Shown: positions 37,631 to 47,749 of the stretch, one piece after another
Layout: the number at the start of each line of letters is the position of its first letter
Position numbering within the stretch: position 1 is the first letter of the stretch
Origin: Planctomycetota bacterium
GTDB taxonomy: Bacteria; Planctomycetota; MHYJ01; JACPRB01
Direction: 5' to 3'
Length of the DNA stretch: 64,000 nucleotides
NCBI GenBank assembly: GCA_035644495.1
Contig: DASQOM010000064.1
Span: 15,085 to 79,084, forward strand
The notes under the pieces: generated by a model
The model's input: only the letters and a program-made list of their open reading frames with translations
Told to the model about the DNA's origin: nothing
Databases searched by the model: none
Program-made: the position numbers and the translations under genes

Positions 37631-38746
37631 TTGAAAACACGTACGATTCTGTCATGGGGGGGCGTTTTTGCCTTCCTTCTGCTGCTGGCCGGCTCCGCCC
37701 TGGCCCAGGACCAGGACCATCCCGGCATCTGGTTGCCCTTTTCCGCATCCTCCTATGCGGACGAGATCGACGGGCTGTACCGCCTGATCTTCTGGCTCAC
37801 GACCGGGATGTTCTTCCTGACCGAGGGTCTGCTGCTGATCTTCTGCGTCATCTATCGGCGCCGTCCGGGCCATCGTCCGACGTATACCCACGGCAACAAC
37901 ACGGCGGAAATCGCCTGGACCATCATCCCCGCCCTCATGCTCCTGGGCATCGCGATCGTGCAGATCCCCACCTGGAACAAGATCAAGAAGGATTTCCCGG
38001 CGGCGAACGCGACCGACGTCACGGTCATCGACTTCCTGGGCGAGCAGTACAAGTGGAACGTCCGCTACCCCGGAGCGAAGGAGAAGTACAAGGGCGACTC
38101 CGAGTACACCAACCTCTCCAACGTCCACATGCCCTTCGGCAACACGGCCCTTTTCAACCTGCGCTCGAAAGACGTGATCCACAGCATCTTCATCCCCCAT
38201 ATGCGGGTGAAGCAGGACGCGGTCCCGGGACTGCGCCAGAAGGCCTGGTTCAAGCCCAACCGCTTCTTTCTGGTGGACCTGAAGAAGCCCCTCGAGTCCG
38301 ACGGACGCCACTACTACGAGATGGTGCGCAACGAGTGGGTCAAGAAGGAATACAAGACCCAGCCGCGGGAGTTCGTCAATCTCGACCCCAACAATCCCAA
38401 CAATCCCAACAAGGACTTCATCACCGGCGGCAAGTACTTCGACAAGCGGATCGCCGTCCTGGGCCACTATGAAAAGAACGGCATCTACGAGGTCGCCGTC
38501 ATCAACGGGGTCGCCAAGAAGGTGAAGGTGCTCTATCACGGCGGAGTGACGGACGGCCAGATGGCCGACTGCGACTATGCCCTGGGCATCTTCGAGATCG
38601 CCTGCGCCGAGCTCTGCGGGATGGGCCACTACACGATGCGCGCCTTCCTGTACGTCGAACCGGCCGCGTCCTTCGACTCCTGGCTCAAGTCGGAAGTCGA
38701 GGACGCCAGCGAGCCGCCCGTGGCCTGGAAGTTCTGGAGAAGCTGA
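37631..38746 (+). CDS. coxB: Cytochrome c oxidase subunit II
   Basis: Signal peptide, two TM helices, and the CuA site CAELCGMGHYTM. No CxxCH, so it is aa3-type. Confidence 0.9.
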   Translation: MKTRTILSWGGVFAFLLLLAGSALAQDQDHPGIWLPFSASSYADEIDGLYRLIFWLTTGMFFLTEGLLLIFCVIYRRRPGHRPTYTHGNNTAEIAWTIIPALMLLGIAIVQIPTWNKIKKDFPAANATDVTVIDFLGEQYKWNVRYPGAKEKYKGDSEYTNLSNVHMPFGNTALFNLRSKDVIHSIFIPHMRVKQDAVPGLRQKAWFKPNRFFLVDLKKPLESDGRHYYEMVRNEWVKKEYKTQPREFVNLDPNNPNNPNKDFITGGKYFDKRIAVLGHYEKNGIYEVAVINGVAKKVKVLYHGGVTDGQMADCDYALGIFEIACAELCGMGHYTMRAFLYVEPAASFDSWLKSEVEDASEPPVAWKFWRS

Positions 38747-38754
38747 GAGACACT

Positions 38755-40587
38755 ATGAGCGACGCACACGATTCCGGTCACGGTCACGAGGAGATGGGCT
38801 TCTTCCGAAAGTACCTGTGGTCCACCAACCACAAGACGATCGGCAAGCAGTTCCTGATCACCAGCCTGGTGTTCCTCTTCGTCGCAGGCTTCCTCGCCCT
38901 CTCGCTGCGCTGGCAGCTGGCCTTCCCCGGCAAGCCCCTGCCGATCGTCGGCAAGTACGTGTTCTCGACGGCCGCGGAGCGCCAGATCGCGGAGGAGAAG
39001 GGCCCCGACTCACCCCAGGCGCATGTGCTGGGCTCGGTCAAGCCGGAGCAATTCACCGGCCTGACGTCCGTCCACGGCCTGCTGATGATCTTCTTCGTCA
39101 TCATCCCGATCCTGGTCGGCGCGTTCGGGAACTTCCTGATCCCGCTGCATGTGGGAACGCACGACATGGCCTTCCCGGTCCTGAACGCCGCGAGCTACTG
39201 GGTCTTCTGGCTGGCCTGCATCATCGCCCTCGGGGGCCTGCTGACCCCGGATCCGACGACCGGGGCGTTCAATCCGGCCGCGGCCGGCTGGACGATGTAC
39301 GCGCCGCTGTCGGCCGTCCCCTGGAGCTCGCCGGGCAACTCGACGGGCATGACCTGCGTCCTGACGGCCGCCATCCTGGTCGGCTTCTCGTCGATCATGG
39401 GCGCCGTCAACTACCTGACCACGATCCTGAAGATGCGCGCTCCCGGCCTGACGATGTGGCGTCTGCCGCTCACGACCTGGGCGCAGTTCATCACCGCGGT
39501 CCTGCAGCTCCTGGCGACCCCGGTGCTCGCCGGCGCGCTGATCATGCTGACCTGCGACCGCCTGCTCGGAACGAGCTTCTTCGTGCCCGGCAACCTGGAC
39601 GTGTCCGGCAAGGCGGTCGAGCACTCGGGCGGCTCGGTGCTCATGTGGCAGCACATCTTCTGGTTCTACTCCCACCCCGCCGTGTACATCCTCGTGCTCC
39701 CCGCGATGGGCATCGCGAGCGACTTGCTCGCGGTCGGCGCCCGCAAGCCGATCTTCGGCTATAAGGCGATGGTGTTCTCGATCGCCGGCATCGCCGGCCT
39801 GGGCTTCATCGTCTGGGCCCACCACATGTTCATCTCGGGCATGAAGCCCGGCCTCGGCACGGCGTTCATGATCTCGACGATGATGATCGCGCTCCCCAGC
39901 TCGATCAAGGTCTTCAACTGGCTGGGCACGCTGTGGAAGGGCTCGATCCGCTTCGACGTCCCCACCCTCAATGCGCTCTCGTTCGTGTCGATGTTCATCA
40001 TCGGCGGCCTGTCGGGCATCTTCATGGCCGCGACGCCGGTCGACATCTTCATCCACGACACGTACTACATCGTCGCGCACTTCCACTACGTCGTGTTCGG
40101 CGGCTCGCTCTTCTCGGTCTTCGGCGGCATCTTCTTCTGGTACCCGAAGATGTTCGGCCGGATGATGAACCACACGCTGGGCAAGATCCACTGGTTCCTG
40201 ACGTTCGTGTTCTTCAACGCGACGTTCTTCCCGATGCACATCATCGGGGCCGGCGGCCACATGCGGCGCATCGCAACGCTGATGGAGTACGAGTGGCTCA
40301 AGCCGTTCCAGGGCTGGAACCGCATGATCACGATCAGCGCCTTCTGCCTGGGCTTCTCGCAGTTCATCTTCCTCTTCAACTTCTTCTGGTCGATGGTCAA
40401 GGGCCGCAAGGCCGAGGCCAACCCCTGGCAGTCCAACACGCTGGAGTGGACGGTCCCGTCCCCGGCGCCCGAGCACAACTATACGCCGGTCCCCACGGTG
40501 CACCACGGCCCCTATGAGTACGGCGTGTCCGCCGACAAGGACTGGCAGGCGCAGACGGAGTCGGGCGGCACCGCCCCCGCGCACTAA
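38755..40587 (+). CDS. coxA: Cytochrome c oxidase subunit I
   Basis: 610 aa. WFYSHPAVYILVLP and the His ligands of a heme-copper oxidase. Confidence 0.95.
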   Translation: MSDAHDSGHGHEEMGFFRKYLWSTNHKTIGKQFLITSLVFLFVAGFLALSLRWQLAFPGKPLPIVGKYVFSTAAERQIAEEKGPDSPQAHVLGSVKPEQFTGLTSVHGLLMIFFVIIPILVGAFGNFLIPLHVGTHDMAFPVLNAASYWVFWLACIIALGGLLTPDPTTGAFNPAAAGWTMYAPLSAVPWSSPGNSTGMTCVLTAAILVGFSSIMGAVNYLTTILKMRAPGLTMWRLPLTTWAQFITAVLQLLATPVLAGALIMLTCDRLLGTSFFVPGNLDVSGKAVEHSGGSVLMWQHIFWFYSHPAVYILVLPAMGIASDLLAVGARKPIFGYKAMVFSIAGIAGLGFIVWAHHMFISGMKPGLGTAFMISTMMIALPSSIKVFNWLGTLWKGSIRFDVPTLNALSFVSMFIIGGLSGIFMAATPVDIFIHDTYYIVAHFHYVVFGGSLFSVFGGIFFWYPKMFGRMMNHTLGKIHWFLTFVFFNATFFPMHIIGAGGHMRRIATLMEYEWLKPFQGWNRMITISAFCLGFSQFIFLFNFFWSMVKGRKAEANPWQSNTLEWTVPSPAPEHNYTPVPTVHHGPYEYGVSADKDWQAQTESGGTAPAH

Positions 40588-40595
40588 GAGCGACC

Positions 40596-41462
40596 GTGAG
40601 TGAGTTGAACGTCAATAACGGGATCCGGCGCTTCGCCGCGCTGACGGCGGCGGTGACGCTCGTCCTCATTCTGGCCGGCGGCTTCGTGACGACGACCCGC
40701 ACCGGCGACACGATCCCCACCTGGCCCAAATCGTGGGGCCAGTTCGAGGGCGGCTGGTGGGTGGAATGGTCGCACCGCGCCGTCGCGGGCACCGTCGCCC
40801 TCCTCGTCGCCGGTCTCGCGATCACCCTGCACCTGAGGGAACCGCGCGCCTGGGTGCGGCGGATCGGGTGGATCGCCCTGGGCGCGGTCCTCGTGCAGGC
40901 GCTCATCGGCGGACTCCGCATCTATGTCCCCAAGGCGGCGGTCGCCATCGTCCACGCCTGTTTCGGCCAGCTGGTCTTCTGCTGCATGGTCGCCATCGCG
41001 CTCTTCGTGTCCGAGGCGTGGCGGAAGACGCCGCTCGATGCGGCCGCGTCCGGCGCGCGCCGTCTGGGCGTGATGGCCACCGTCTTCGCGTTCCTGCAAC
41101 TCGTGGCCGGCGCGGTGACCCGCCACACGGGCGCCGGACTGGTCGTGCACCTGGTCGGTGCCGGTCTCGTCCTGCTCCACGTCACCCTGCTCGCCTCGCG
41201 CCTGATGCTGACCCCGCTCCGTCGCGGCGCCCATCTCCTGACCGGGATTCTGGGCGTCCAGCTGCTGCTCGGGTTTGCGGCCTGGGCGATCACGGCCGGG
41301 GGCTTCGTCCGCAGCCATGAGTCGCCGCTCGTCTCGATCGTGACCATCAGCAGCCATGTCGCCGTCGGCGCCTCGCTGCTGGCGGCGTCGCTCGGCCTGA
41401 CCCTGATGTGTCACCGCGGCGCGGTCTCCGCGCCCGTCGCGGTGGGGGCGGCGAACGCATGA
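40596..41462 (+). CDS. ctaA: Heme A synthase (COX15/CtaA family)
   Basis: 288 aa polytopic membrane protein with conserved His residues, between coxA and ctaB. Confidence 0.75.
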   Translation: MSELNVNNGIRRFAALTAAVTLVLILAGGFVTTTRTGDTIPTWPKSWGQFEGGWWVEWSHRAVAGTVALLVAGLAITLHLREPRAWVRRIGWIALGAVLVQALIGGLRIYVPKAAVAIVHACFGQLVFCCMVAIALFVSEAWRKTPLDAAASGARRLGVMATVFAFLQLVAGAVTRHTGAGLVVHLVGAGLVLLHVTLLASRLMLTPLRRGAHLLTGILGVQLLLGFAAWAITAGGFVRSHESPLVSIVTISSHVAVGASLLAASLGLTLMCHRGAVSAPVAVGAANA

Positions 41463-42367
41463 ACCCCACGACGCTCGAGGCCGTCCACCAGGTTCCCGTC
41501 GTCCGGGCGGCGGCGACGCCGACCCGCCTGGCCGACTTCATGACGCTGACGAAGCCCGGGATCACGGTGATGGTGACGATCACGGCCGCGGTGGGCTACT
41601 ACGTCGCCTCGCACGGGTCCTTCGACTGGAAGATCTTCCTCCATATGGTCGGGGGGACGCTGCTCAGCTCCGCGGGGGCGGCGGCGTTCAACATGCTCAT
41701 GGAGCGGAAGCTGGACGCCCTGATGGACCGCACCAAGGCGCGGCCGCTGGCGGCCGGGCGCATGGCGCCGGTGGAGGCGGCCGTTTTCGGCGGCGTCCTC
41801 TGCGTCGCGGGCCTGTCGTGGCTGGCCCTGAAGGTGAACCTGCTGACCGCGGCCTTGTCGGCGGCGACGATGTTCAGCTATCTCGCCCTGTATACGCCGC
41901 TCAAGACGAAGAGCTCGGTGTGCACGCTGGTGGGGGCCATCCCCGGGGCGCTGCCGCCGGTCATGGGCTGGGCCGCCTCCCGCGGCTCGGTGGACGTGGG
42001 CGCGGGGGTGCTCTTCCTGATCCTGTTCTTCTGGCAGCTTCCGCACTTCCTCGCCCTGGCGTGGATGTATCGCGAGGACTATGCGCGCGGCGGATTCCCG
42101 ATGCTGCCCGTCGAGGAGCCCACGGGGGCGAGCACGGGCCGCCAGGTCGTGCTGCAGACGCTGGCCCTGGTCGTCGTCAGCCTCCTGCCCTTCGGATTCC
42201 AGATGGCCGGCGAAGGATATCTCATCGCGGCGCTGGTGCTGGGAACGGCGTTCCTTGGCTTCGGCGTCGCGTTCGCCGCCGAGCGTTCGAGGGACCGGGC
42301 GTCCCGGCTCTTCCTGGCATCGATCACGTACCTGCCGCTCCTTCTGGGAGCGCTGGCTCTTCTATAA
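41459..42367 (+). CDS. ctaB: Protoheme IX farnesyltransferase (heme O synthase)
   Basis: UbiA-family motifs (LMDRTKARPLAAG; FFWQLPHFLALAW). ATGA overlap with ctaA. Confidence 0.9.
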   Translation: MNPTTLEAVHQVPVVRAAATPTRLADFMTLTKPGITVMVTITAAVGYYVASHGSFDWKIFLHMVGGTLLSSAGAAAFNMLMERKLDALMDRTKARPLAAGRMAPVEAAVFGGVLCVAGLSWLALKVNLLTAALSAATMFSYLALYTPLKTKSSVCTLVGAIPGALPPVMGWAASRGSVDVGAGVLFLILFFWQLPHFLALAWMYREDYARGGFPMLPVEEPTGASTGRQVVLQTLALVVVSLLPFGFQMAGEGYLIAALVLGTAFLGFGVAFAAERSRDRASRLFLASITYLPLLLGALALL

Positions 42368-42376
42368 GAGGGTTTC

Positions 42377-42982
42377 ATGGAACAAGCTGCGGCGGCGGCC
42401 CACGGCCACGGGGAAGACGACCACGTCGCGTCCTTCGAACGGGCGCGGCTGGCGATGTGGCTCTTCCTCGCGTCCGAGATCATGATGTTCGGCGCCTTCA
42501 TCGCCGCCTACGTGGTGCTCTGGATGTCCGCGCCGGGCGGCGAAGGCACCGCGTTCGACAAGCATCACCTCAGCTGGAAGATCGCCTGCTTCAACACCGC
42601 GGTGCTGATCCTCAGCTCGTTCACGATGGTGAAGTCGGTCCAGGCCATCGCCCAGGGCAAGCGCGGAAAGTGCGAAGACTACATGATCGCCACCGCCGCC
42701 CTCGGCGCCCTCTTCCTCTGCGTCAAGATGTACGAGTACTCTCTCAAGTTCGCCGACGGCCTCGGGCCGGACACGAACGTCTTCTACGGCTGCTACTTCC
42801 TGATGACCGGCTTCCACGGGATCCACGTGCTGATCGGCGTCATCCTTCTGATCTGGTGCGCGTTCTACGTGAAGCGCATGGACGAACACCATTACGCCCC
42901 CGTTGAAAACCTCGCGCTGTACTGGCACTTCGTCGACCTGGTCTGGATCTTCCTGTTCCCCATCGTTTACCTGCTCCACTGA
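42377..42982 (+). CDS. coxC: Cytochrome c oxidase subunit III
   Basis: 201 aa. WLFLASEIMMFGAFIAAY; FHGIHVLIGVILL. Confidence 0.9.
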   Translation: MEQAAAAAHGHGEDDHVASFERARLAMWLFLASEIMMFGAFIAAYVVLWMSAPGGEGTAFDKHHLSWKIACFNTAVLILSSFTMVKSVQAIAQGKRGKCEDYMIATAALGALFLCVKMYEYSLKFADGLGPDTNVFYGCYFLMTGFHGIHVLIGVILLIWCAFYVKRMDEHHYAPVENLALYWHFVDLVWIFLFPIVYLLH

Positions 42983-42993
42983 GGGAGGGCGAT

Positions 42994-43356
42994 ATGTCTT
43001 CTGAAGACCATAGCAAGACGTACGTCAATGTCCTGGCCGCCCTCGCCGTGGGCACGGTGCTCACCGTCGGTGCCTCGCTCGTCCACTTCGGGCACTGGGG
43101 CAACATCGCGGTCGGCCTCCTCATCGCGACGATCAAGGCGTCCCTCGTCGTGATGTTCTTCATGCACCTGAAGTACGAGCAGCGCTGGTGGGCCGGGATC
43201 GTCCTGTTCCCCGTCCTGCTCGTGTTCATCATCATCGGCTCCAACCTGCCGGACACCGGCCTCAACGGGAAGAATCGCGACGGGGACATCCTCTCGGAGC
43301 CGCTGCCGGTGATTCCGCATGCCGGACATGCAGGCCCCGCGCCGGCCCATCACTGA
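42994..43356 (+). CDS. Cytochrome c oxidase subunit IV (prokaryotic CoxD/CtaF-like)
   Basis: 120 aa. Three TM helices. Operon position after subunit III. Confidence 0.7.
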   Translation: MSSEDHSKTYVNVLAALAVGTVLTVGASLVHFGHWGNIAVGLLIATIKASLVVMFFMHLKYEQRWWAGIVLFPVLLVFIIIGSNLPDTGLNGKNRDGDILSEPLPVIPHAGHAGPAPAHH

Positions 43357-44253
43357 TTGAGCGTCGAGGTCGACGGCCTGACTCACCGCTACGGCGAGCG
43401 TGTCGCGCTTGACGGCGTCTCGTTCTCGGTCAAATCCGGAGAAGTCTTCGGCCTCCTCGGCCCCAACGGCGGCGGCAAGACCACGCTTTTCAAGATCCTC
43501 TCGACCGCGCTGACGCCGACCGCCGGCAGGGCCCGGATCTCGGGGGTCGACGTCTCCGAAGCCGGGGTCCGCCGGAAGATCGGGGTCGTCTTCCAGGCCC
43601 CCAGTCTCGACCAGAAGCTCAGTGTCGCCGAGAACCTCCTGCACCACGGCCATCTGTATGGTCTTTCGGGGTCGGGACTGCAGGCGAGGATCGGCGAGGA
43701 GTTGAGCCGATTCCACCTCGCGGACCGGGCGAAGGACCGCGTCGAGAAGCTGTCCGGCGGCCTGCAGCGGAGGGTCGAGCTGGCCAAATCGCTGCTCCAC
43801 AAGCCGGAGGTGCTGCTGCTCGACGAGCCGTCGACGGGGCTGGATCCCGGCGCGCGCCGGGATTTGTGGGACGCGCTGCGGGGCCTCCGGGGGGTGACGG
43901 TGCTCCTGACGACCCACCTGCTGGAGGAGGCGGAGCGCTGCGACCGGCTGGCCATCCTCCATAAGGGGAAGCTGGCGGCGCTGGGCGAACCCCTGGCGCT
44001 GCGCTCAGAGATCGGCGGCGACGTCGTCACGATCCGGGTCCGGGACGCCGAGGGGCTGGCCGCGTCGATCCGGGAGAAATTCGGAGAGACCGCCCAGGTC
44101 GTCCAGGGCGTGCTGCGGATCTCGAAGGACAGGGGCTACGAGTTCGTCTCGAGGCTGCTCGAGGCCTTCCCGACCCTGATCGAGTCGATCACGGTCGCCA
44201 AGCCCTCGCTGGAAGACGTCTTCCTCTCGAAGACCCGGGAGTTCTGGTCATGA
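43357..44253 (+). CDS. ABC transporter ATP-binding protein
   Basis: TTG start. Walker A GPNGGGKTT, signature LSGGLQRR, Walker B LLLDEPSTGLD. Confidence 0.85.
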   Translation: MSVEVDGLTHRYGERVALDGVSFSVKSGEVFGLLGPNGGGKTTLFKILSTALTPTAGRARISGVDVSEAGVRRKIGVVFQAPSLDQKLSVAENLLHHGHLYGLSGSGLQARIGEELSRFHLADRAKDRVEKLSGGLQRRVELAKSLLHKPEVLLLDEPSTGLDPGARRDLWDALRGLRGVTVLLTTHLLEEAERCDRLAILHKGKLAALGEPLALRSEIGGDVVTIRVRDAEGLAASIREKFGETAQVVQGVLRISKDRGYEFVSRLLEAFPTLIESITVAKPSLEDVFLSKTREFWS

Positions 44254-44290
44254 GCTCCACAAACAGGACGGTCTTGTTTGTGGGAGGCGG

Positions 44291-45004
44291 ATGGCGATGA
44301 TGCTCGCGGCCTATACCCTGTGCCGGCGGGACCTGGTGCGCTTCTTCCGGCAGCGGAGCAGGGTCATCGGCGTCCTGGCGACGCCGCTGATCTTCTGGGG
44401 CCTGATCGGCTCCGGCTTCAACTATATGCAGTACCTGTACCCCGGGACGCTGGTCCAGATCCTCCTCTTCACGTCGATCTTCTCCACGATCTCGATCATC
44501 CAGGATCGCCAGCAGGGATTCCTGCAGGGAGTGCTCGTCGCGCCGGTGTCGCGGTCGGCGATCGTCCTGGGCAAGGTGCTGGGCGGGACGGCGATCGCGC
44601 TCACCCAGGGGGCGCTCTTCCTCCTCCTGGCGCCCCTGGTCGGCATCCGGCCCGCGCCCTGGGGCTGGGCCGCCGCGCTGGGGGTCATGAGCCTGGTCGG
44701 CTTCGGCCTGACGGCGCTCGGGGTGCTGCTGGCGTGGCGGTTCGACTCGGTCCAGGGCTTCCATTCGATCATGAACCTCCTGCTCCTGCCGATGTGGCTG
44801 CTCTCGGGCGCGGTCTTCCCGCCCGAGAAGGCGATCCCCTGGGTCCGCATCGTGATGGTGGGCAATCCCCTGACCTACGGCGTGGGCGCCCTTCGCCGGG
44901 TGCTGACGGGCGAGGGCATGGACCTCGGCCTGGGCATCGGCGTGTCGGCGGCCTTTGCGGCGTTCATGTTTGTCCTGGCCGTCCTTTTCGCCCGCCGCCG
45001 CTGA
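44291..45004 (+). CDS. ABC-2 family transporter permease
   Basis: 237 aa. Six predicted TM helices. Downstream of the ABC ATPase. Confidence 0.7.
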   Translation: MAMMLAAYTLCRRDLVRFFRQRSRVIGVLATPLIFWGLIGSGFNYMQYLYPGTLVQILLFTSIFSTISIIQDRQQGFLQGVLVAPVSRSAIVLGKVLGGTAIALTQGALFLLLAPLVGIRPAPWGWAAALGVMSLVGFGLTALGVLLAWRFDSVQGFHSIMNLLLLPMWLLSGAVFPPEKAIPWVRIVMVGNPLTYGVGALRRVLTGEGMDLGLGIGVSAAFAAFMFVLAVLFARRR

Positions 45005-45053
45005 TCCGGAATTGTCGCGCGTCCGACATCCGGAGTGTAGACTAAGCGTATTC

Positions 45054-45443
45054 ATGGCGCAGATCCTCGCCGTCGACGACGACCCGCGCATCCGGAAGTT
45101 CGTCGCCGCCACGCTCAAAGCCGCGGGCCACGACGTCACCGCCGTCGGCGACGCGGAATCGGCGCTCGCCCAGCTGCTCATGTCCCGCCCCGACCTCTTC
45201 CTGCTCGACATCAACCTCCCCGGCATGCACGGCCTCGCGCTCGCGGAGAAGCTGCAGTCGCAGCGCGGGACCTGGTCGATTCCGGTCGTGATCCTCTCCG
45301 TGCGGACGGATCCGCGCGACAAGGTCGCCGCCTTCGCCTCGGGCGCCGTCACCTACCTCGAGAAGCCGTTCAAAAAGAAGGACCTGGTCGACGCCGTCCG
45401 CTCCGCCCTCGAATATGCCGCCCGGCGTCCCCGGCGGAACTAG
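45054..45443 (+). CDS. Single-domain response regulator (CheY-like receiver)
   Basis: ILAVDDDPRIRKFV...LFLLDINLPGMHG...YLEKPF. 129 aa. Internal ATG chosen (ORF track start is 44955). Confidence 0.85.
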   Translation: MAQILAVDDDPRIRKFVAATLKAAGHDVTAVGDAESALAQLLMSRPDLFLLDINLPGMHGLALAEKLQSQRGTWSIPVVILSVRTDPRDKVAAFASGAVTYLEKPFKKKDLVDAVRSALEYAARRPRRN

Positions 45444-45477
45444 TTCCGCCGTATCATAGGGAGATCCGGAGAACCCC

Positions 45478-46455
45478 ATGACGAAGAAAGCCTCCCGCCT
45501 CTGTCCCGAATGCGGCGAGACCGTCGGCCGCCGCGGCTTCCTGCGGATGGCGGGCGCCGGCGCCGCGGCCATCGCCCTGGCGGGGTCGCCCCTGGGGTGG
45601 GCGCAGGAGCCCAACCGGACGGCGGAGGGAATGATCAAGGAGCTCTACGCCGGCCTGGACGCCGATCAGAAGAAGGCCGTGATGCTGCCGATGGACGCCC
45701 CGGAGCGGCTGAAGCTGTACAACGCGGCGATGGGGAAGAAGATCGGCGAGGTGTATACGAAGTCCCAGCAGGAGTTGGTGGGCCGGATCCTGAAGGCGCT
45801 CTCCTCCGGTGAGGAGGGCTGGGCGCAGATCAGCCGCGGCGGCACCTGGGACGCGTCGAAGGCCTTCGAGAACTGCGGGGCCAATCTGTTCGGGGATCCG
45901 GCCGGGAAGTTCACGTGGGTGTTCAGCGGCCATCACCTGACGATCCGCTGCGACGGGAACTCGGAAGAGGGCGCGGCCTTCGGCGGCCCCCTGTATTACG
46001 GGCACAGCCCGAACGGTTATAGCGAGCGCAACCTGTTCAACTACCAGACGAAAAGCGCGATGGCGGTCTATGAGTCCCTGGACAAGCTCGACCGTCAGCA
46101 GGCGCTCGCCTTCGAAGACCCCGCGGAAGGCCTCCCCTCCCTCAAGTTCCGCTGCACCTGCGATTCCACCCCCGGCATCCCCTACAGCAACCTCAGCAAG
46201 GAGTCCAAGGGGCTCGTCGAAAAGGTCATGCGGGACCTCCTCTCCCCCTACCGGAAGGGCGACGTCGACGAGGTGATGGAGGTGGTGAAGAAGACGGGCG
46301 GCATGGAGGCCATGCACCTGATGTTCTTCGCCGAGAAGGACGCGAAGGCGAGCCAGCCCTGGTCCTTCTGGCGCCTCGAGGGCCCGGGCTTCATCTGGAA
46401 CTTCCGGGTGCTGCCGCACGTGCACACCTACGTCAACATCTCGTCGAAGGTCTGA
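45478..46455 (+). CDS. Tat-signal protein, DUF3500-like
   Basis: Twin-arginine signal RRGFLRMAGAGAAAIALAG. Family assignment is from memory of the HHLTI/WRLEGP motifs and is moderate. Confidence 0.5.
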   Translation: MTKKASRLCPECGETVGRRGFLRMAGAGAAAIALAGSPLGWAQEPNRTAEGMIKELYAGLDADQKKAVMLPMDAPERLKLYNAAMGKKIGEVYTKSQQELVGRILKALSSGEEGWAQISRGGTWDASKAFENCGANLFGDPAGKFTWVFSGHHLTIRCDGNSEEGAAFGGPLYYGHSPNGYSERNLFNYQTKSAMAVYESLDKLDRQQALAFEDPAEGLPSLKFRCTCDSTPGIPYSNLSKESKGLVEKVMRDLLSPYRKGDVDEVMEVVKKTGGMEAMHLMFFAEKDAKASQPWSFWRLEGPGFIWNFRVLPHVHTYVNISSKV

Positions 46456-46518
46456 CCGCGCCGTCGCGGCTCCTCGACTCTCCGTCCGGATTCTACCGTG
46501 GAGCTCTGCCGCCCGGAG

Positions 46519-47475
46519 CTAAAGGGACGGAGAGCGCTGAGGCGCTTCCGCCGGCGGGATGGGGACCCAGCGCCGGGCGCCGCAGGCGAACATGGCGCAT
46601 TCGCGCGTGTAGTCCCAGCAGCCCTGATGGTGAGGGGTGCGGCAACTGATGCACAGGACCACCTCCGACTCCAGCGCAGACTGACAGACCGGGCAACGCC
46701 CGCCTGTTCCGACGCCCACCGAGAGGATGGAGTAGCCCCCCTGACGGGCGGCCTCCCGCAGGGCGCCGACGAAGATCTCCGCGGCGGAGAGCAGGCTCTC
46801 CAGATCCTCCCGTCGCACCAGCATGCGAGGGATGCGGATGCGGAGATCGCCCAGCGTCAGAATCACGCGGCAGAATTCCCCCGCAGGGACCTTCAGGAGG
46901 GCGTCGGCGACGCGGTCCCGCCGTTCTCCCGAGAACAGATCGCCGATCAGGGTGATCGGCTCGGAGCGGGCGAGAAATTGGGCATCGAATCTCGCATGTC
47001 CCGTCGGGATCGTGCGGCCGCCGATGAGCCGGCCGCCCCGGCTGAGGTTGGGCAGGATCCGGAGCGTGCCTGGCGCGCCTTCGTCGATCTTGAAGGACGC
47101 CTGAGTCGTTGGGCCTTCCAGGGACCAGGCCATCGCCACGGCGCCGGCGTTCCGGGACCCGCGCCAGCGGATCGAAGCGAAGTCCGGACCGGGCTCCGCG
47201 GGGCTTCCCAACAGGCGGGTGAGTTTCACCGCGAGCTGCCGGATGGCGCGCCTGCGCCATAGACCCGCGACCACCCGGTCCAGCCCCGCCAGGGCCATCC
47301 CGACAAAGATGAGGAACGACCCCATCAGAATTCCGACGGTCTGCGCAAATCCGATCTGCCTCGAGACGGCGACCGGTGCGATGACGAGAAAAAGCCCGCA
47401 GAGGATCAGGAAGCCGCCGACCGTCCAGCCCATTCTCCGGAAAGCGCGGTCAATCGGCGACAGGGAGCTGCGCAC
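46519..47475 (-). CDS. Membrane protein with C-terminal Cys-rich zinc-ribbon-like domain
   Basis: Two N-terminal TM helices. C-terminus CPVCQ...CISCRTPHHQGCWDYTRECAMFACG. Confidence 0.5.
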   Translation of the reverse strand: MRSSLSPIDRAFRRMGWTVGGFLILCGLFLVIAPVAVSRQIGFAQTVGILMGSFLIFVGMALAGLDRVVAGLWRRRAIRQLAVKLTRLLGSPAEPGPDFASIRWRGSRNAGAVAMAWSLEGPTTQASFKIDEGAPGTLRILPNLSRGGRLIGGRTIPTGHARFDAQFLARSEPITLIGDLFSGERRDRVADALLKVPAGEFCRVILTLGDLRIRIPRMLVRREDLESLLSAAEIFVGALREAARQGGYSILSVGVGTGGRCPVCQSALESEVVLCISCRTPHHQGCWDYTRECAMFACGARRWVPIPPAEAPQRSPSL

Positions 47476-47622
47476 GCAACTTATTCTATCCTTCTTCGTG
47501 CCGCCGGGAAGTATCTCCCGACTGCCCGTGCCCTCCGGAATTCGGCCGCCCGCTCATTTTTCCTGCCGACTTTTCTGCCCCAATCCCCACTCCCCGGGTG
47601 GAAGGACCGCGACGGCGCAGGT

Positions 47623-47651
47623 CGTAACGTCACGTTACGAAACGTAACGTG
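47623..47651. promoter_or_regulatory. Array of three CGTAACG(T) half-sites (inverted + direct) in divergent promoter region
   Basis: cGTAACGTcACGTTACGaaaCGTAACGTG. There are 7-bp inverted-repeat arms with a 1-nt spacer, overlapped by 9-bp inverted-repeat arms with an aaa spacer. Confidence 0.3.
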
Positions 47652-47749
47652 GACAGCAGCGCCTGAATAGGTCACATCGCAGAACCCGCTGCGGAGAAGC
47701 GAGTTGTGATTTCGGGCCTTGTGGCACGAGGCTTGCTCCGTCCCGGAGG

